From positions 96,001 through 160,000 of the forward strand of contig JAEOSZ010000031.1 in the NCBI GenBank assembly GCA_016840095.1: a stretch of 64,000 nt of DNA, read 5' to 3'. Shown here in pieces: positions 27,770-37,614 of this stretch. Position 1 is the first letter of the stretch. Each line of letters begins with the position of its first letter. Both the position numbers and the translations under genes were made by a program. The DNA comes from Candidatus Heimdallarchaeota archaeon (GTDB lineage: Archaea > Asgardarchaeota > Heimdallarchaeia > Heimdallarchaeales > Heimdallarchaeaceae). The notes beneath the pieces were generated by a model. That model saw only the letters and a list, made by a program, of their open reading frames with translations, was not told the origin of the DNA and made no database searches.

Positions 27770-29530
27770 ATGATAATAACAAAAGACCTGATAAAAGTGT
27801 ACTATGACCCTTTAACAGAAGTAAAGGTTTCTGCTTTAAGGGGATTAGATCTTTATGTGAAGGAAGGCGAAGTAGCTAGTATCATTGGGCCATCAGGTGC
27901 AGGTAAAAGTACTCTAGTTAAGATTCTTTCAGGATTGGATAAACCTAGTGGAGGGACTATCTATGTCGATGATATCAATATAGCTGAACTGGGAGAAAAA
28001 CAAATGAGGGAATTCAGGTACTATAGAATGGGGATAATAAACCAATTTGTAGGACAAAATCTACTTTCATCATTGACTTTAGAGAAAAATATTCTTCTCC
28101 CTATGAAAATGCGATATACAGCTAGAGAAAAAGCAAAGAGAGAGACTGATGAGCTCATAAAAATGCTTAATCTAGAAAAAATTAGAATGAACCCTATAAC
28201 AAAAGTCTCAGGGGGAGAAGCTGTAAGAGCAAGCATAGGTGTAGCAATTGCTAAAAAACCAAGAATTTTACTGGCTGATGAACCCACAGGACAATTAGAT
28301 ACAGCTAACACAAATGACATCATCGAAACATTCCGTGATTTGAATGAAAATTATGGTACTACAATACTAGTTGTTACTCATGACCTTAGATTCAGAAACG
28401 CTTTCAAGAAAAGTTACATAATTCGAGATGGACGTCTTGTAGGAGTGAATACTGATCTAGACAGAAGTGAACTAGAGTTTATTGTTCGTCCCCAGGAATC
28501 ATCACTTCAATCCATTATTGATAGTTCTCAATTTATACGTGTTCCTGATGAAGTATACATTACTGGAAATTACAAACATATCGCAGAATTTGACATTCAT
28601 CCCTCGAAGAAATTTTCAATTATTTACAATCCTGATGAAATTAATGCTACTGAAATTTATGATATAATGAAGCAAACTGATGACGATAAAGTTAATGATC
28701 ACATTCATGAAAATAACAATAGAACAAACATTCCTTTCAGTGAAGTCCAACCAATTTTAGAGCAACAATTCGAATATCCTAAAGCTTCTGAGGAGATTAT
28801 CGAAGTAAAACATCTCAACAAGTCATTTCCTGCTGGAAGGATAAAGAACGATGTTCTGAAGGATTTATCATTCACTATTAATCAAGGGGATTTTGTAGTT
28901 TTTTCAGGAAAATCTGGAGCAGGTAAAACTACTCTAATGAATGTAGTTTCTGGTGTTGAAGACCCAGATGAAGGAAGTATTAAGATTAAGGATTTTGATA
29001 TTGTGAATAACAATCAAAAAGAGATTGATGATTTCCGATTTCATGAAATCGCTATGATTAGTCAGGTTAATAATTTATTCACTCAATATACCGTTGAGGA
29101 AAATATGTTTATTCCTAGGTTGTTCAATGATAGGTCAAATGATCTTACTAGGGATATTTATGATATTGCTAAGAATGTTGAGATAGATCACAGAATTTCT
29201 GCTTATGCTGCAGAGTTATCTGCTGGAGAAAAGCAAAGGGCTGCATTATCTGTTGCCTTAGCTAGAAAAGCTCCAATTATCTTTGCTGATGAACCTAGTG
29301 CAAATCTTGACTCAAGGCTAGCTCGAAATATAGTTACTCTTCTTATGGAAACAGCTGTAAAATTTGGAACAACAGTAATAATGAGTACTCATGATTTATC
29401 TTTAATCCGACCTGGTTTTAGATTAATCCGTCTTGAGAATGGAAGAATAATCGAAGATATGAGAGTTACACCAGATAAACTAAGAGGGATAATAGAAGAC
29501 TACTTGGGAGTTGAAATTGCAGATGACTAA
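27770..29530 (+). CDS. ABC ATPase with two LolD/MacB-type NBDs
   Basis: GPSGAGKS...SGGE...LADEPTGQLD...THD and GKSGAGKT...SAGE...FADEPSANLD...THD. Confidence 0.92.
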   Translation: MIITKDLIKVYYDPLTEVKVSALRGLDLYVKEGEVASIIGPSGAGKSTLVKILSGLDKPSGGTIYVDDINIAELGEKQMREFRYYRMGIINQFVGQNLLSSLTLEKNILLPMKMRYTAREKAKRETDELIKMLNLEKIRMNPITKVSGGEAVRASIGVAIAKKPRILLADEPTGQLDTANTNDIIETFRDLNENYGTTILVVTHDLRFRNAFKKSYIIRDGRLVGVNTDLDRSELEFIVRPQESSLQSIIDSSQFIRVPDEVYITGNYKHIAEFDIHPSKKFSIIYNPDEINATEIYDIMKQTDDDKVNDHIHENNNRTNIPFSEVQPILEQQFEYPKASEEIIEVKHLNKSFPAGRIKNDVLKDLSFTINQGDFVVFSGKSGAGKTTLMNVVSGVEDPDEGSIKIKDFDIVNNNQKEIDDFRFHEIAMISQVNNLFTQYTVEENMFIPRLFNDRSNDLTRDIYDIAKNVEIDHRISAYAAELSAGEKQRAALSVALARKAPIIFADEPSANLDSRLARNIVTLLMETAVKFGTTVIMSTHDLSLIRPGFRLIRLENGRIIEDMRVTPDKLRGIIEDYLGVEIADD

Positions 29531-29550
29531 AATCTTCTGCACTATTCTTT

Positions 29551-30297
29551 TCATTTAATTTTTATATCTGCAATAGAGTCAACTATGACATCAGCATGCT
29601 GGAAATCTTTTTCTTCAGCTTTTCCTGAAAGAACTCCAATACAAGCTAAAGCTCCGGCATTTCTCCCCATAAGTAAGTCACGATCATCATCTCCAACAAC
29701 AATGGATTTTGTTATATCTACTTCAAGAATTTTGCATCCATATTGGAGCATATCTGGTGCAGGTTTAGCTTGATAAGGAGAGTCAATGTCTAATCCATAT
29801 ATTAAATTGAAATAGTCAAACAATCCTGCACTTGCTAGTTGTTTGGATGCCGGCTCAGTGCTATCATGTGTAGAAACCATCAACTTGACTCCTTTATCCC
29901 GTAGATTGTCCAGAAGAGAGCCAACACCTTCGAAAGCTTCAACATATTCAGTGAAATCTACTAGATGATCTACTTCATCAAAAAGTTCTGCTACTTCCTC
30001 AACAGAAGAATTAATGGAAAATGTGCGGAGATATTCTCGAGTTCTTTTGATTATTTCAACTCGTTCGATGTGAATAGGACCTTTTTGAATTATCTCTTTT
30101 GTTTCAGGATTTAGTCCCATTAGAGAAAGCAAATCATTATAATTCTCTTGTTTAAGCCTATATTTTTCCAACAACAACTCTGCTCTTTTCTTCATAACTG
30201 GCTTATACATATTGAGTGTTAGTAATGTGCCGTCTTTATCAAAACAGATAATTTCTACATCTTCAAACTTCTTATCTCCACAGATTATGGTGACCAT
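29551..30297 (-). CDS. HAD-superfamily hydrolase (phosphoglycolate phosphatase-like)
   Basis: FDKDGTL, KPAP, VGDDDRD. Confidence 0.88.
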   Translation of the reverse strand: MVTIICGDKKFEDVEIICFDKDGTLLTLNMYKPVMKKRAELLLEKYRLKQENYNDLLSLMGLNPETKEIIQKGPIHIERVEIIKRTREYLRTFSINSSVEEVAELFDEVDHLVDFTEYVEAFEGVGSLLDNLRDKGVKLMVSTHDSTEPASKQLASAGLFDYFNLIYGLDIDSPYQAKPAPDMLQYGCKILEVDITKSIVVGDDDRDLLMGRNAGALACIGVLSGKAEEKDFQHADVIVDSIADIKIK

Positions 30298-30358
30298 ATA
30301 AGTGAAGAAAACAATATGTGTTTAATAACTTTACGTAATCATGGTAAATGGAGAGATA

Positions 30359-32038
30359 TTAGGATTCTTCTATTCTTTCTTTAAGCTCTTCAAGCTCTTT
30401 TGTTCTGTCACTTATTTCTTCTTTAAGAGATTTAATAGCAGCATCCAAATTCTCTATCTCTAAATTGATTTTACTTGCTTTCTTGTACTCTTCTTCTTGA
30501 TCAATGCTTGATATTAGAGTTTTCTGTATATCAAGTTCAACATCTAGTTCTTTGTAAAGAATTTCCAACTGCTGATTCTTCAAATCAGATTCTTTTTGAG
30601 ATCTTGTAAGAGCTCGTTTTTCGTTTTCCAAATCTTCAAGAAGTTCAGTTAATTCCAGTTTTGTTTTCTCAAGTTTCTCAAGATCTTTCTTCATACATTC
30701 TTGACAGTAATCAACATCTTTTTCGAGTTTCTCGATTTCTTTTTCAGTCTTCTTTCTTTTTTTCTCATCAGTTTCAGAAGTAAGTAGTTTCTTTAGCTCT
30801 GAAATCTTCTCTGTATCTTCAGCTACTTGTTTTTCAAGTTCAGAAATATCATTTTGAAGTTCTTGGATGTCTTTTTCGATCTTGCTAATTTGCTTATTTG
30901 TTTTTTCAATTCTATCCTTAAGATCATCCATTTCTTTATTCTTTTCCTCAGTTTTATCTTTGAGTTGATCAATTTGTTCTTTTAGATTATCAATTTCCTG
31001 TCTTATTTCTGCTAGTCTATTTGCATCCTTTTGGACATCAACTGTATCCTTGAGATTCTTTTCTTTCTCTAATTTTGCTTCTAGATCTTTGTATAAACCT
31101 TGGATAAATTGCTCCTTCCTATCCTTTTCTTCAATAATTTCTTTATGTCTAAGTTTATCATCTTCGATTTTCAATTTTAGATTCTTGAGCTCATCTTGTT
31201 TTTCAATAAGCTTGAGTTGTGATGTCTCTTTCTGAACTTCCAATTCATCTATTTCCTTAGTTAGTTCAGTTATTTTATCTTCATCCTTCTCATCCTCTCC
31301 CTCTAAAAGAGTCTTTTTCACATCTTTATCTCTGATACGTTTATCGAGTTCTTTGACATTTTCACGTTTGAGTCTGAGTTCTTTTTTAACTAAATCTATC
31401 ATCGTTTCTTCTGAATTAATTTTTTCATCGATTTTATCTTTTTCTTCAGCTCTCAAATCCCTTTCTATTTCGTTCTTCTTGATATCAGTTGTTAATTCCT
31501 CAATTTCTTTCTGAATTTTCTCAACTTCTTTAATCTCATCAGAAGAAGCACCTAATAAAATACTTAGCTCTCTTTGTTTCAGAAGTTTTTCTTCCATCTC
31601 ATCAATGAGTTTCTTTAGTTCCCTTTCGTTAAGTCGAATATCTCTCTCAACCAAATCGATTCTTCCGATATCAATAAGTTTACCAATTTTAGTTATGTAT
31701 TTCCTAATTGAATCAATCTGGAGCTCTCCTTTCTCAAGTGCTTTCTTAAAGAAAAGAGCTAGATTAGTATTTTCACCAATTTTGATTATTAGAACATCAG
31801 TATCTTCTGTGTCAAATAGAATCTGGTTGTATTCTTTGATTTTGTAATTAGATAAATCATACAATTTTTTGAAAGTTGAAAGAATATTAGCTAACCCTTC
31901 CCCAACTTTAGGAATATTAACTGATTCCTCAAATTGCTCAAAAGTTGTTTGATAGACTGTACCATCATTATAAAACATAACAACATGTTCAACTTCTGGA
32001 AGTGCTCGTTTTATCCTTTCTATTGTTTTTAATACCAT
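30359..32038 (-). CDS. Roadblock/longin-like N-terminal domain fused to long coiled coil
   Basis: N-terminal alpha-beta-beta-alpha-beta-beta-beta pattern (IKRALPEVEHVVMFYNDGTV...VLIIKIGENTNLALFF); about 430 aa of E/K-rich heptads. Confidence 0.7.
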   Translation of the reverse strand: MVLKTIERIKRALPEVEHVVMFYNDGTVYQTTFEQFEESVNIPKVGEGLANILSTFKKLYDLSNYKIKEYNQILFDTEDTDVLIIKIGENTNLALFFKKALEKGELQIDSIRKYITKIGKLIDIGRIDLVERDIRLNERELKKLIDEMEEKLLKQRELSILLGASSDEIKEVEKIQKEIEELTTDIKKNEIERDLRAEEKDKIDEKINSEETMIDLVKKELRLKRENVKELDKRIRDKDVKKTLLEGEDEKDEDKITELTKEIDELEVQKETSQLKLIEKQDELKNLKLKIEDDKLRHKEIIEEKDRKEQFIQGLYKDLEAKLEKEKNLKDTVDVQKDANRLAEIRQEIDNLKEQIDQLKDKTEEKNKEMDDLKDRIEKTNKQISKIEKDIQELQNDISELEKQVAEDTEKISELKKLLTSETDEKKRKKTEKEIEKLEKDVDYCQECMKKDLEKLEKTKLELTELLEDLENEKRALTRSQKESDLKNQQLEILYKELDVELDIQKTLISSIDQEEEYKKASKINLEIENLDAAIKSLKEEISDRTKELEELKERIEES

Positions 32039-32048
32039 TTTTATCCCA

Positions 32049-33497
32049 TTATGAAATTATTAATGATCTGAATTTGTTTATCCATTTATTCAAGTATGAT
32101 TTTATCTTATCATTACCATACTTTGAAAATATAAAAACTATTCCAACTGTCGCAATTAACACGATTAGCAGAATTAAACCTACTAGATATGTTTGCTTTG
32201 AATAGAAGGTGAAAAAGATTGTTACAAGAATTAATTGGAGTATTGAAGTTGCAAAACCTAGTTTCCAAAAAGTCTTGATCTTTATAGGTCGATTGTTTTG
32301 TTCTGCTATATTGAAAACTAGAATATTATCTCCCAGAGGAGTAAGATTATCACCCCAGTTAGCTCCAAAAGCAAGTGCATAATAATAGTAACTATTTCCA
32401 GAAGACATTATTCCTACAATTGGAAGAAGTACCTTCGTTATAGGTATATTATCAATGAGTGCACTTAGAAAAGCTCCAATCCATATTATCAAAATTAACT
32501 GAAAAATCGGATTGTTACTTCCCAAACCTTTCAAAGCATTTCCAATTACATCTATTACCCCTACTATTTCTAATCCGCCAGCAATAACAAATATTCCTAG
32601 AAGATACAACAGAAGCTCAACATCAAATTTCCTCATGATTTCTTTCGGTTTCACACCGAAAAATGTACTGAAAATTGTTAAGAGCATCGCAATTGATAGT
32701 GCAATGACATCTGGAGTAATTATTGGAGAATTTATGCTTACAAGTAATATGATCAAAACAACTAACGAACTCATGGATGCATACAGGAGTTTTCTATTAG
32801 GGACAAAGTTCCATACATTAAATTCCTCAAGATTTGCAACCATTCTTCTTCTAGGTTCTCTCAGTTCCTGTCTATAGAGAAATATGAAAAATCCAATTGT
32901 CACTCCTGCTATTAATAAGGAAAATAATCCTACATTTACAAAGAATTCATTGAAACTTATACCAGATTCTGTCACAATCAGAATATTAGGAATTGACGAA
33001 ATTGAGAAAAATGTACCACCAATATTGACCATAATAGCTTCTGTAATAATATAAGGAGTTGGATCAATATTTAGCATACGAGAGATAGTTATTGTCAATG
33101 GTATAAGTACCATAACTGTTAGTATATTGTTGATCAAAGCAGAAAAAATAACTGATACTATTGCCATAATTGTCATTAGTCTGATAGGTTTTCCTTTAGA
33201 TAGTTTTATTGCTAAAACCCCTAAGAATTGGAATAAGCCTGCTTCATCTGATATTTGCACTATAAACATCATACCAACAATCAAAATTAATGAATGTAGG
33301 TTTACGAATTGATCATCCAATGTACCAAAAAGCAATTCAACAATAACATCAAAACCTTTTTTCTCTATGAAAACCAGAACAAAGTAAGTAATTACTGCAG
33401 CTGTTAAAGATGCAATGGCTCTGTTTAGCTTGTCAGTAAACAATAGTACTACTACTGCTAAGAAACATACCCCAATTATTATCTGACTAGCTAACAT
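32049..33497 (-). CDS. ArsB/NhaD (IT superfamily, P-protein-like) permease
   Basis: SALINN, NIGG...PNILI, SALIDNIP, GANWGDNLTPLG; start moved to MLASQ. Confidence 0.85.
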   Translation of the reverse strand: MLASQIIIGVCFLAVVVLLFTDKLNRAIASLTAAVITYFVLVFIEKKGFDVIVELLFGTLDDQFVNLHSLILIVGMMFIVQISDEAGLFQFLGVLAIKLSKGKPIRLMTIMAIVSVIFSALINNILTVMVLIPLTITISRMLNIDPTPYIITEAIMVNIGGTFFSISSIPNILIVTESGISFNEFFVNVGLFSLLIAGVTIGFFIFLYRQELREPRRRMVANLEEFNVWNFVPNRKLLYASMSSLVVLIILLVSINSPIITPDVIALSIAMLLTIFSTFFGVKPKEIMRKFDVELLLYLLGIFVIAGGLEIVGVIDVIGNALKGLGSNNPIFQLILIIWIGAFLSALIDNIPITKVLLPIVGIMSSGNSYYYYALAFGANWGDNLTPLGDNILVFNIAEQNNRPIKIKTFWKLGFATSILQLILVTIFFTFYSKQTYLVGLILLIVLIATVGIVFIFSKYGNDKIKSYLNKWINKFRSLIIS

Positions 33498-33651
33498 CTT
33501 ATAAACCCAAACAGCTGTTGAATAGTTCGTTACTTGATTATATTTCCTTCTCTCAACAATGAAGTTATAAAACATATCGAAATAACAGCAAAAATCATTC
33601 TTAATCAGTAAAGTAATTTAATAAAAGAAAAAGATGTTTGGAGGAGAAGAA

Positions 33652-36600
33652 TTACAGAATATTTAGCTGTATTAGTTTTTGACGAAGCAAAAGCATAGCT
33701 TCCTTACTTCTTTCTCTCCAAGTTATACCTTGTTTGATCTCATTTCGAAGATTTCTAGAAAGTTCAATATCTCCTGTAGGAACTCTTGTATAAAGAATAA
33801 GAGTGTCGTGAAGTTCAATTATCTCTCGAATATACCGAACCATTGATTTATGATATCGTTTCAAACGGTTAAGATTGGTAGTTAGATTATTTTCGAGATC
33901 AAGAACTATACATGTAAGCCTATTAAGTCTAAATCGGTATTTACGTAAATCTCTTTTTAATTCAGATAGGAATACAAAATGATTGTCATATCCTTGTAGT
34001 TCAGATTTAAGTTGGAAGTCAATCGAAGGAAAACCTGAAACTTTGGCATATATCCACTCATCAAATGAAGAATAACCATTAGAAATTGAATCATCCCACT
34101 GTTCTTTTGATGAAAAACCGTGTTGTATTGCAAAACGATAATCTTCACCTGAAGTGAAACCTAAATCTGTACCTTTAGAATATTCAGTATAAGATTTGAA
34201 ATTGTGTACCTTAGCAATTTTATGTCTTTTCAGCATTTTACGTAGAATTTTAGAACAGAAATATAATCCAACATAGATGGGAATAAGGTAGAAGAAGAAG
34301 AGTAGATACCAGTTATCCCATCTAGTTGGATGTTTGCCTAAAGCATATTCTCTAATGTTAACAATACCATCTTTGTCAGGGTCATCCATAGCATCTTTCT
34401 TGCGAGGATCAGTACCATGAGAAACTTCCCAACCGTCCGGTAACGAGTCCCTGTCTGTGTCCTCTTTAAGAGGTCTTGTACGGTAGATTTTAACTTCTTG
34501 ATAATCTGATAAATTATCGTCATCACTGTCGACATCATGTGGATCGGTTTTATAGACATATTCAAGCAAATTGGTCAATCTATCATTATCCTCATCATTT
34601 TTTTCTTCATGAACTAGAGGATTAAGTTTATGTTCTATCTCGTAGCCATCTGGAAGAGTGTCATAGTCCGAATCATACCAGTTTGGTTGAGTGCCATAAA
34701 GATATTCATGGTAATTGAGAACATCATCGCAATCAAGGTCATCATAAGCATTTCTAACAGTCAGACTGAGACCATATGTTGCTTCCCAAGAATCTGGCAT
34801 TTTGTCTAGATCTGTATCATTAGAAAACGGATTGGAACCTAGGTAGAACTCTTCTAAGTTGGTTAGAGTATCATTGTCATAGTCATCAGATGAATCATCA
34901 AAGAGAGGATTCAAACCAACTTCAACTTCATATCCGTCAAGCATTAGGTCAAAATCTGAATCTTGATTTAATGCATCAGTTTTATACTGTTTAACTTCCA
35001 TACCATCAACTAAATTGTCAAAATCACTGTCTTCAAAACATGGGTCAGTTTCTAGTTGATATTCCTCAATATTCAGAAGACCATCATTATCTTTGTCACC
35101 TCTTGAATCGTTTATGAATGGATTCAGGTTATTTTCAATTTCATATAAATCATCAAGTTGATCAAAATCTGTGTCTACTAAGTTTGGCGAAGTTCCATAA
35201 ACATATTCTTCAAAGTTGTTCAAGCCATCAAGATCAAAGTCTTCTAAACTATCATTTTCAAACGGATTTAGGTTATTTTGAATCTCCCACCAGTCAAAAA
35301 TCAGGTCATTGTCTGTGTCTTCTAGCACAGGTGATGTACCATGAATCAACAACTCCTCAGCATCAGAAAGATTATCAAAATCACTATCTGGTAAGAGCGG
35401 ATTTGTAGGATATTCGTACACTTCCTTATAATCTGACAATGTATCATAATCTGTATCAAAATATTGAGCATTAGTCTTATAGGTATATTCTTCTAAATTT
35501 GTCAATAAATCTTCATCTGGATCTTCGAAAGAATCGTTGAACAATGGATTAAGAAGATTACAGATCTCCCAATAGTCGTCCATGAGGTCAAAATCAGAAT
35601 CTGAGCAATTAGGGTGTGTTTTATAGACAAATTCTAACTGATTTGGAAGTTTATCACCATCTAAGTCTTCATTTGAATCTTTTACTAACGGATCTAAATT
35701 ATATTCTACTTCCCACCAATCGATCATAGAATCATCATCAGAATCACTCTTTCTAGCATTTGTTTTGTATACAAAGACTTCTTCCCAATCTGATAACAAA
35801 TCTGAATCTGTATCATTGTTATTTGGATCTAAGTTATAGGAGTAGATTTCTGAGTAATCACTTATATTGTCTGAATCTGTATCGTTTGAATTGAAATCAG
35901 TGTGATAAATGAAATATTCCAACCCATCATCTATCTGATCTGCGTCAGAATCAGAAAATGAAATTGATGACCCTAATATTAGTTCATTTGTATCATCTAA
36001 ATAGTCACCATCACTGTCAATGCTTCGGGTTCTTGAAGGACCTCCGTTATATGCGGGTACTCTATGCTTACCATTTGTGGGTAGTCCAAAGATTTCCCAA
36101 CAATACAGATAGTCATTCTCACAGATAGCAAGTAATTCAATTCTACCATTGTTATCAAGGTCTGTCAAGAGAACAGCTGACCTAATAACTGTATGACAAT
36201 AGTAAGTTATTAATTCCAAACCGTTTTCATTTAGGATCTTAAATTGGTTATCTTCGGTAAATACGATTATTTCCAAGGAACCATCACTAGTTAAGTCAAT
36301 CACAACAGGTGTTCCAACAAGTGACTCTCCAACATTGAACGTAAATTTTTGAATACCTAAATTGGAAAACTGACAAACCATTCCTGAATCTGAGCATAAT
36401 AAGATGTCCATGTTTCCATCAAGATTAATATCTGCAATCAATGGATTTTTGTAATTGCCATAATTAAGAGTTTGACTCCAAAGAGATGTACCTAATGAGC
36501 TTATACAGTGAATGCTTGTTTCAGTAGTTACTATAATTTCTAGTGTGTCTTGTATGTTATCGAAATTTGCCACTCCAATCCCTCCAGATGCGTAATTATC

Positions 36601-37302
36601 AACGTTATAGGTCCATTTAATATTTCCTTCACCATCAAAACAAAATAGCAATTTACCATGGGTAACAATTATCTCACCCAAACCATCATTATTGATGTCA
36701 ATCGAACAAGGTTCTCCAGTCTCACCTGAAAGAGAAAATGAATGCTGCCAAAGTAGTTCTCCTGTATTTGAGAAACAGAATAATCCATCCCATTGAGTAC
36801 TTGCTATAATCTCAAAATCACTATCTCCATTAACATCACAGATACATGGTGACGAGAAGATAGAGTTATCATTAGGTCGGGTATATGCCCATGCAAGTGA
36901 ACCATCATGATTCTGGACATAGATCTGTCCTGCTAAGGCATTGATTATTTCTGCATAATTATCGTTATCAATATCAGCAACAGCACAGGATGATTGAGTA
37001 GCAAATGATAGGTCATTTATTTTCCATTTTAACTTTCCTGAATTACTTAAACAATAACCTGTAGTTAGGATTTCTTGTTTTCCATCTCGGTCAAGATCTA
37101 CTATAGTAGGTGTTTGAGTACACCATTCAAACGGATATACCCAATCTATCTGGAAAATTAGTTCACTGATATCAATATTGATGAAATTAGTGTTGTTATC
37201 CTCCAAAGCACTGCCTTTTGCAGAATTATTCAAAAAACTCACATAAATTATAATTACAAAAACAATTCCCGTTATCAACCTTCTCTTAAATCTCTTGACC
37301 AT
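33652..37302 (-). CDS. Surface adhesin-like protein: FG-GAP/VCBS propeller + TSP3-like Ca-binding repeats + TM + cytoplasmic tail
   Basis: Repeated DxDxDGxxEI blades; many DSDxDxLxDxxE...P repeats; TM WYLLFFFYLIPIYVGLYF; GGTG SD before ATG 37302. Confidence 0.85.
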   Translation of the reverse strand: MVKRFKRRLITGIVFVIIIYVSFLNNSAKGSALEDNNTNFINIDISELIFQIDWVYPFEWCTQTPTIVDLDRDGKQEILTTGYCLSNSGKLKWKINDLSFATQSSCAVADIDNDNYAEIINALAGQIYVQNHDGSLAWAYTRPNDNSIFSSPCICDVNGDSDFEIIASTQWDGLFCFSNTGELLWQHSFSLSGETGEPCSIDINNDGLGEIIVTHGKLLFCFDGEGNIKWTYNVDNYASGGIGVANFDNIQDTLEIIVTTETSIHCISSLGTSLWSQTLNYGNYKNPLIADINLDGNMDILLCSDSGMVCQFSNLGIQKFTFNVGESLVGTPVVIDLTSDGSLEIIVFTEDNQFKILNENGLELITYYCHTVIRSAVLLTDLDNNGRIELLAICENDYLYCWEIFGLPTNGKHRVPAYNGGPSRTRSIDSDGDYLDDTNELILGSSISFSDSDADQIDDGLEYFIYHTDFNSNDTDSDNISDYSEIYSYNLDPNNNDTDSDLLSDWEEVFVYKTNARKSDSDDDSMIDWWEVEYNLDPLVKDSNEDLDGDKLPNQLEFVYKTHPNCSDSDFDLMDDYWEICNLLNPLFNDSFEDPDEDLLTNLEEYTYKTNAQYFDTDYDTLSDYKEVYEYPTNPLLPDSDFDNLSDAEELLIHGTSPVLEDTDNDLIFDWWEIQNNLNPFENDSLEDFDLDGLNNFEEYVYGTSPNLVDTDFDQLDDLYEIENNLNPFINDSRGDKDNDGLLNIEEYQLETDPCFEDSDFDNLVDGMEVKQYKTDALNQDSDFDLMLDGYEVEVGLNPLFDDSSDDYDNDTLTNLEEFYLGSNPFSNDTDLDKMPDSWEATYGLSLTVRNAYDDLDCDDVLNYHEYLYGTQPNWYDSDYDTLPDGYEIEHKLNPLVHEEKNDEDNDRLTNLLEYVYKTDPHDVDSDDDNLSDYQEVKIYRTRPLKEDTDRDSLPDGWEVSHGTDPRKKDAMDDPDKDGIVNIREYALGKHPTRWDNWYLLFFFYLIPIYVGLYFCSKILRKMLKRHKIAKVHNFKSYTEYSKGTDLGFTSGEDYRFAIQHGFSSKEQWDDSISNGYSSFDEWIYAKVSGFPSIDFQLKSELQGYDNHFVFLSELKRDLRKYRFRLNRLTCIVLDLENNLTTNLNRLKRYHKSMVRYIREIIELHDTLILYTRVPTGDIELSRNLRNEIKQGITWRERSKEAMLLLRQKLIQLNIL

Positions 37303-37614
37303 TTGAGACACCTTTTTTACAAGGTAAGAGTACAAGATATTTCATCACGTTACACAGTTAAATACCAGAAAAATTGTTAAGCAAACCATATTCATTTTCT
37401 TCTACTCTTCTTGTATTCCGATAATAATAGGTAGAGGCCTTAATAACTGTTAATACATTGTTTTTATTATTGGAAAATTTGACGGAGTAAAATATATTAG
37501 TGCATAAGGCACACACATTCGAAAATTAATAATTAGAATAGTATCTATCTTAATAATTAGATTAGTTTATTTAAAGAATCAACATTCAAATCTTTTACTT
37601 TCTTTACACTTCTT

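Noticed and set aside
33601-33620. Third copy of the 61552/63233 repeat (ttaatcagtaaagta)
   Set aside because: Only about 15 nt with a gap in AT-rich DNA; compatible with chance.
34300-36030. CRISPR-like or DNA tandem repeat array
   Set aside because: The periodicity is protein-level (Ca-binding repeats) within one ORF and the DNA copies are divergent.
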